Of a stretch of DNA of 11,022 bases, positions 7,790 to 11,022 are shown one piece after another. The position numbers and the translations under genes are program-made. Within the stretch, counting starts at the first letter, position 1. Each line of letters starts with the position of its first letter. Source of the DNA: Tubiluchus corallicola (lineage: Eukaryota > Animalia > Priapulida). The DNA lies in assembly GCA_030141605.1 (NCBI GenBank), contig JAQGDQ010001113.1:1-11022 (forward strand). The letters run 5' to 3'. The notes below the pieces were generated by a model, which saw nothing but the letters and a program-made list of their open reading frames with translations, searched no databases and was not told the origin of the DNA.

Positions 7790-8307
7790 ATTGTTGCTGA
7801 CATTGTTGCACAATTCTCTATACACAGCTGTAAACAATTTTCAGGCTGTTAAAATAGCCCACTGTTTCAACTACATTGTTGTTGACATTGTTTAACACTT
7901 CTCTATACACAGCTGTAAACAATTTTCAGGCTGTTAAAATATCCCATTGTTTCAACTACATTGTTGTTGACATTGTTGCACAATTCTCTATACACAGCTG
8001 TAAACAATTTTCAGGCTGCTAAAATATCCCATTGTTTCAACTACATTGTTGTTGGCATTGTTGCACAATTCTCTATACACAGCTGTAAACAATTTTCAGG
8101 CTGCTAAAATATCCCATTGTTTCAACTACATTGTTGTTGGCATTGTTGCACAATTCTCTATACACAGCTGTAAAAAATTTTCAGGCTGCTAAAATATCCC
8201 ATTGTTTCAACTACATTGTTGTTGGCATTGTTGCACAATTCTCTATAAACAGCTGTAAACAATTTTCATGCTCTTGAAATATCCCATTGTTTCAACTACA
8301 TTGTTGT
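7790..8307. repeat. Minisatellite, about 6.1 x 85 bp
   Basis: CAGCTG recurs at 7825, 7910, 7995, 8080, 8165 and 8250 (period 85); units nearly identical. Confidence 0.97.
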
Positions 8308-9297
8308 CTATTTTGGCCTCGCAAGAAGAAGAAGCCTTTTCAAAGTTCTAGTGCTTGATGATGATCGTGAATTGGTCAAAGGTTACGTGTTCCAGACAAC
8401 GCATTTGTGTACACTTGACAACGCCTCGCAGCCCATGCTGTTATAATAGTAACAGTTTTAACAGCTAGCTAGAACCTTACCTAGTTCATTTTTCTTGTTC
8501 CCATGCAAGATTCTGCTAGTAAACCACTCTATGCTCAGACTAATGCATAATTAAATGAAACCCACATAAAAAACTGACGTTACAGGCTGATTAGACAGAT
8601 GGCCTTGCTTTAACCACATGACTTTTGTATTTAACACCTTCAGCAACCTACAGCTTATGTTATACCTACAGCAAAGGTGTGTGCGCACAACGAAACTGTG
8701 AAAAGGCTTTATTATGGAAAATGTGATGAAATTCCCATTGTTTTCATTGTATAATCTGCAGCCATGATTAATAAACTGTGAAACCACAAACAATTGTAGC
8801 TTTAGCAAGCCTAGAACGTCCTTGAAACGTAATGTTATCGGCCTAGTGAGTGGCTACCAGATATTTTTAATCAGTTTCTTAACTGCTAATCACTGAAAAA
8901 TGGGTACTAATTCGCAAATTTCTTCACAAATAAGGTTGCTATAAAGGCTCCTTTTCATCTATTCCAGACAGCAAATAAAATGGAATTCTAAATTTAGGTT
9001 AATTTTTAACATAGAAAAGTGAATTTCTTTAAATTTATTGATTAATAAGGTGTGTAGTTGAGTGATAAATTTACTTACAATTATAGTTAAGGGCGTATCC
9101 ATTAATTATCGAGAGTTTGGCTGTAATTAATTTAAGTGCAAAGCATTATTTTTGTGTGATGTTTGCAAAAATCCTAACTAAAAATTGTTAATTAAACGTG
9201 TGTAACATAGAAAATGGATATTAGGAATGTATGAGTGTCTTTCTTTATTGTAAAAACAAATAAATGTTTATTTCATTTAACTGAATAGTTTTTGTAA

Positions 9298-10006
<709 letters not shown>

Positions 10007-10989
10007 GTATTAATCTTAAAGGACAAGAAAGGGGTGCCTGAAGTAGGTTTATAAAAAATTATACTACTTTACAGCAATTTTATGCCTCTATTGTGCTCGC
10101 GTTGAAAGGAATTTAAAGTTTGTTTTCATTATAAATCTCCCACAATGCTGTTCCGATCGCGCCATAACATGACGTCATACACGCACAACGAAAATCAGGG
10201 GAAGAAAAGGAAATGTTAAATTACGTCCCAAAAAATTTTCCTTGCAATATTACATTACTTATCATTTCGCTTACCTGCTAGAAAGACTTACGTAACTATA
10301 AAAGAAAATTATTAATTATTTAAAATGTTCTCACCAATTGGCAAAATCTCGCTGACTCACCCTCCAGGGTGCACCACTCACTAACCAAAAACGTATATTT
10401 AATATTATTGACAAGATACAGTAATTTTAAATTTTACTTAGTTAGCGGTGTGTATGCTACGAATGCTCTGATTATTTTTCAAACTTTACTCAGTGTTATC
10501 TAAACTTGTTTCAAACCACTTATCGTCAAAATGGCTGCGTCTAGCTATCATCGCTGGTGTTTAAATTCGCATATTATGTACAGCGTTACTACCACCGCAA
10601 GCCCTGTATGCAAAAAGGCAGTACGTAGGTGGTGTAAAGTTTCAAGACGAATTTTTCAAGGTTTATGTAAGCGGAGGGTTTCTTTGTGCTTCAAAAGCAA
10701 AACGGCAGTCATCAAATTTCATCTGTTTGTTCAGAATAAAGAAAATGGACTACAGTTTAGAAGAACTAAACATGCTGTTTCATTCGTTGCTAGCACCCCC
10801 TCTATTATGTGCCTCTGATTTATGGAAATCTTTGGCGGCGGATGATTTTAATGCAAAATATATTGAATAGATTATTACTATTTTTGTTATAATTCTTTAT
10901 TTTTAAAAACTATGTACAGAATACATTCCCTCTATTTGTAGAGATATGTTTAAAATTCCTAAAAGCATTTACAGCGTATTAAACCTGTT

Positions 10990-11022
<33 letters not shown>
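10990..11022. repeat. (CA)n followed by (TA)n microsatellite
   Basis: CA run at 10990-11015, then TATATAT to the window end. Confidence 0.95.

Noticed and set aside
8316-8447. Possible ChAT exon in a slightly GC-richer stretch, and an acceptor-like site near 8967
   Set aside because: Translations show no similarity to the ChAT N-terminal LPKLPVP region, and frames close quickly.
296-8808. Other short ORFs (296-493, 935-1138, 3858-4052, 4181-4447, 6017-6211, 6152-6385, 6998-7330, 8551-8808)
   Set aside because: Short, several with non-ATG starts, compositionally like AT-rich non-coding DNA, and no domain recognised.
10016-10818. Degenerate TTAA-type DNA transposon (TTAAAGG start, GGGGTGC/GCACCCC inverted match, internal ATGACGTCAT palindrome at 10169-10178)
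   Set aside because: Only 7 bp match cleanly and there is no right-hand TTAA; a repeat-library search is needed. The 95-aa ORF at 10531-10818 has no recognisable motif.

Overview
AT-rich, microsatellite-laden eukaryotic genomic DNA from an invertebrate bilaterian; the phylum cannot be assigned from sequence alone. One gene is clear: an intronless 539-aa vesicular acetylcholine transporter (VAChT/SLC18A3/unc-17) at 4519-6138 (+). In most bilaterians VAChT lies in the first intron of choline acetyltransferase (ChAT), so the flanks are probably ChAT intron and regulatory DNA, but I could not recognise a ChAT coding exon here. The flanks hold (CAT)n, (AAC)n, (CT)n and (CA)n microsatellites, a 10x44-bp and a 6x85-bp minisatellite, and a 194-bp inverted-repeat element. 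The most interesting signal is a colinear series of complementary segments on either side of VAChT (about 3068-3154 with 7363-7441, plus weaker outer helices) that could loop the whole VAChT gene out of a + strand pre-mRNA. This resembles the inverted-repeat splicing control of the C. elegans cha-1/unc-17 locus, except that part of the upstream arm is tandemly amplified ten times. The protein also has Tyr, the VMAT-type residue, where VAChTs normally have the TM8 His.
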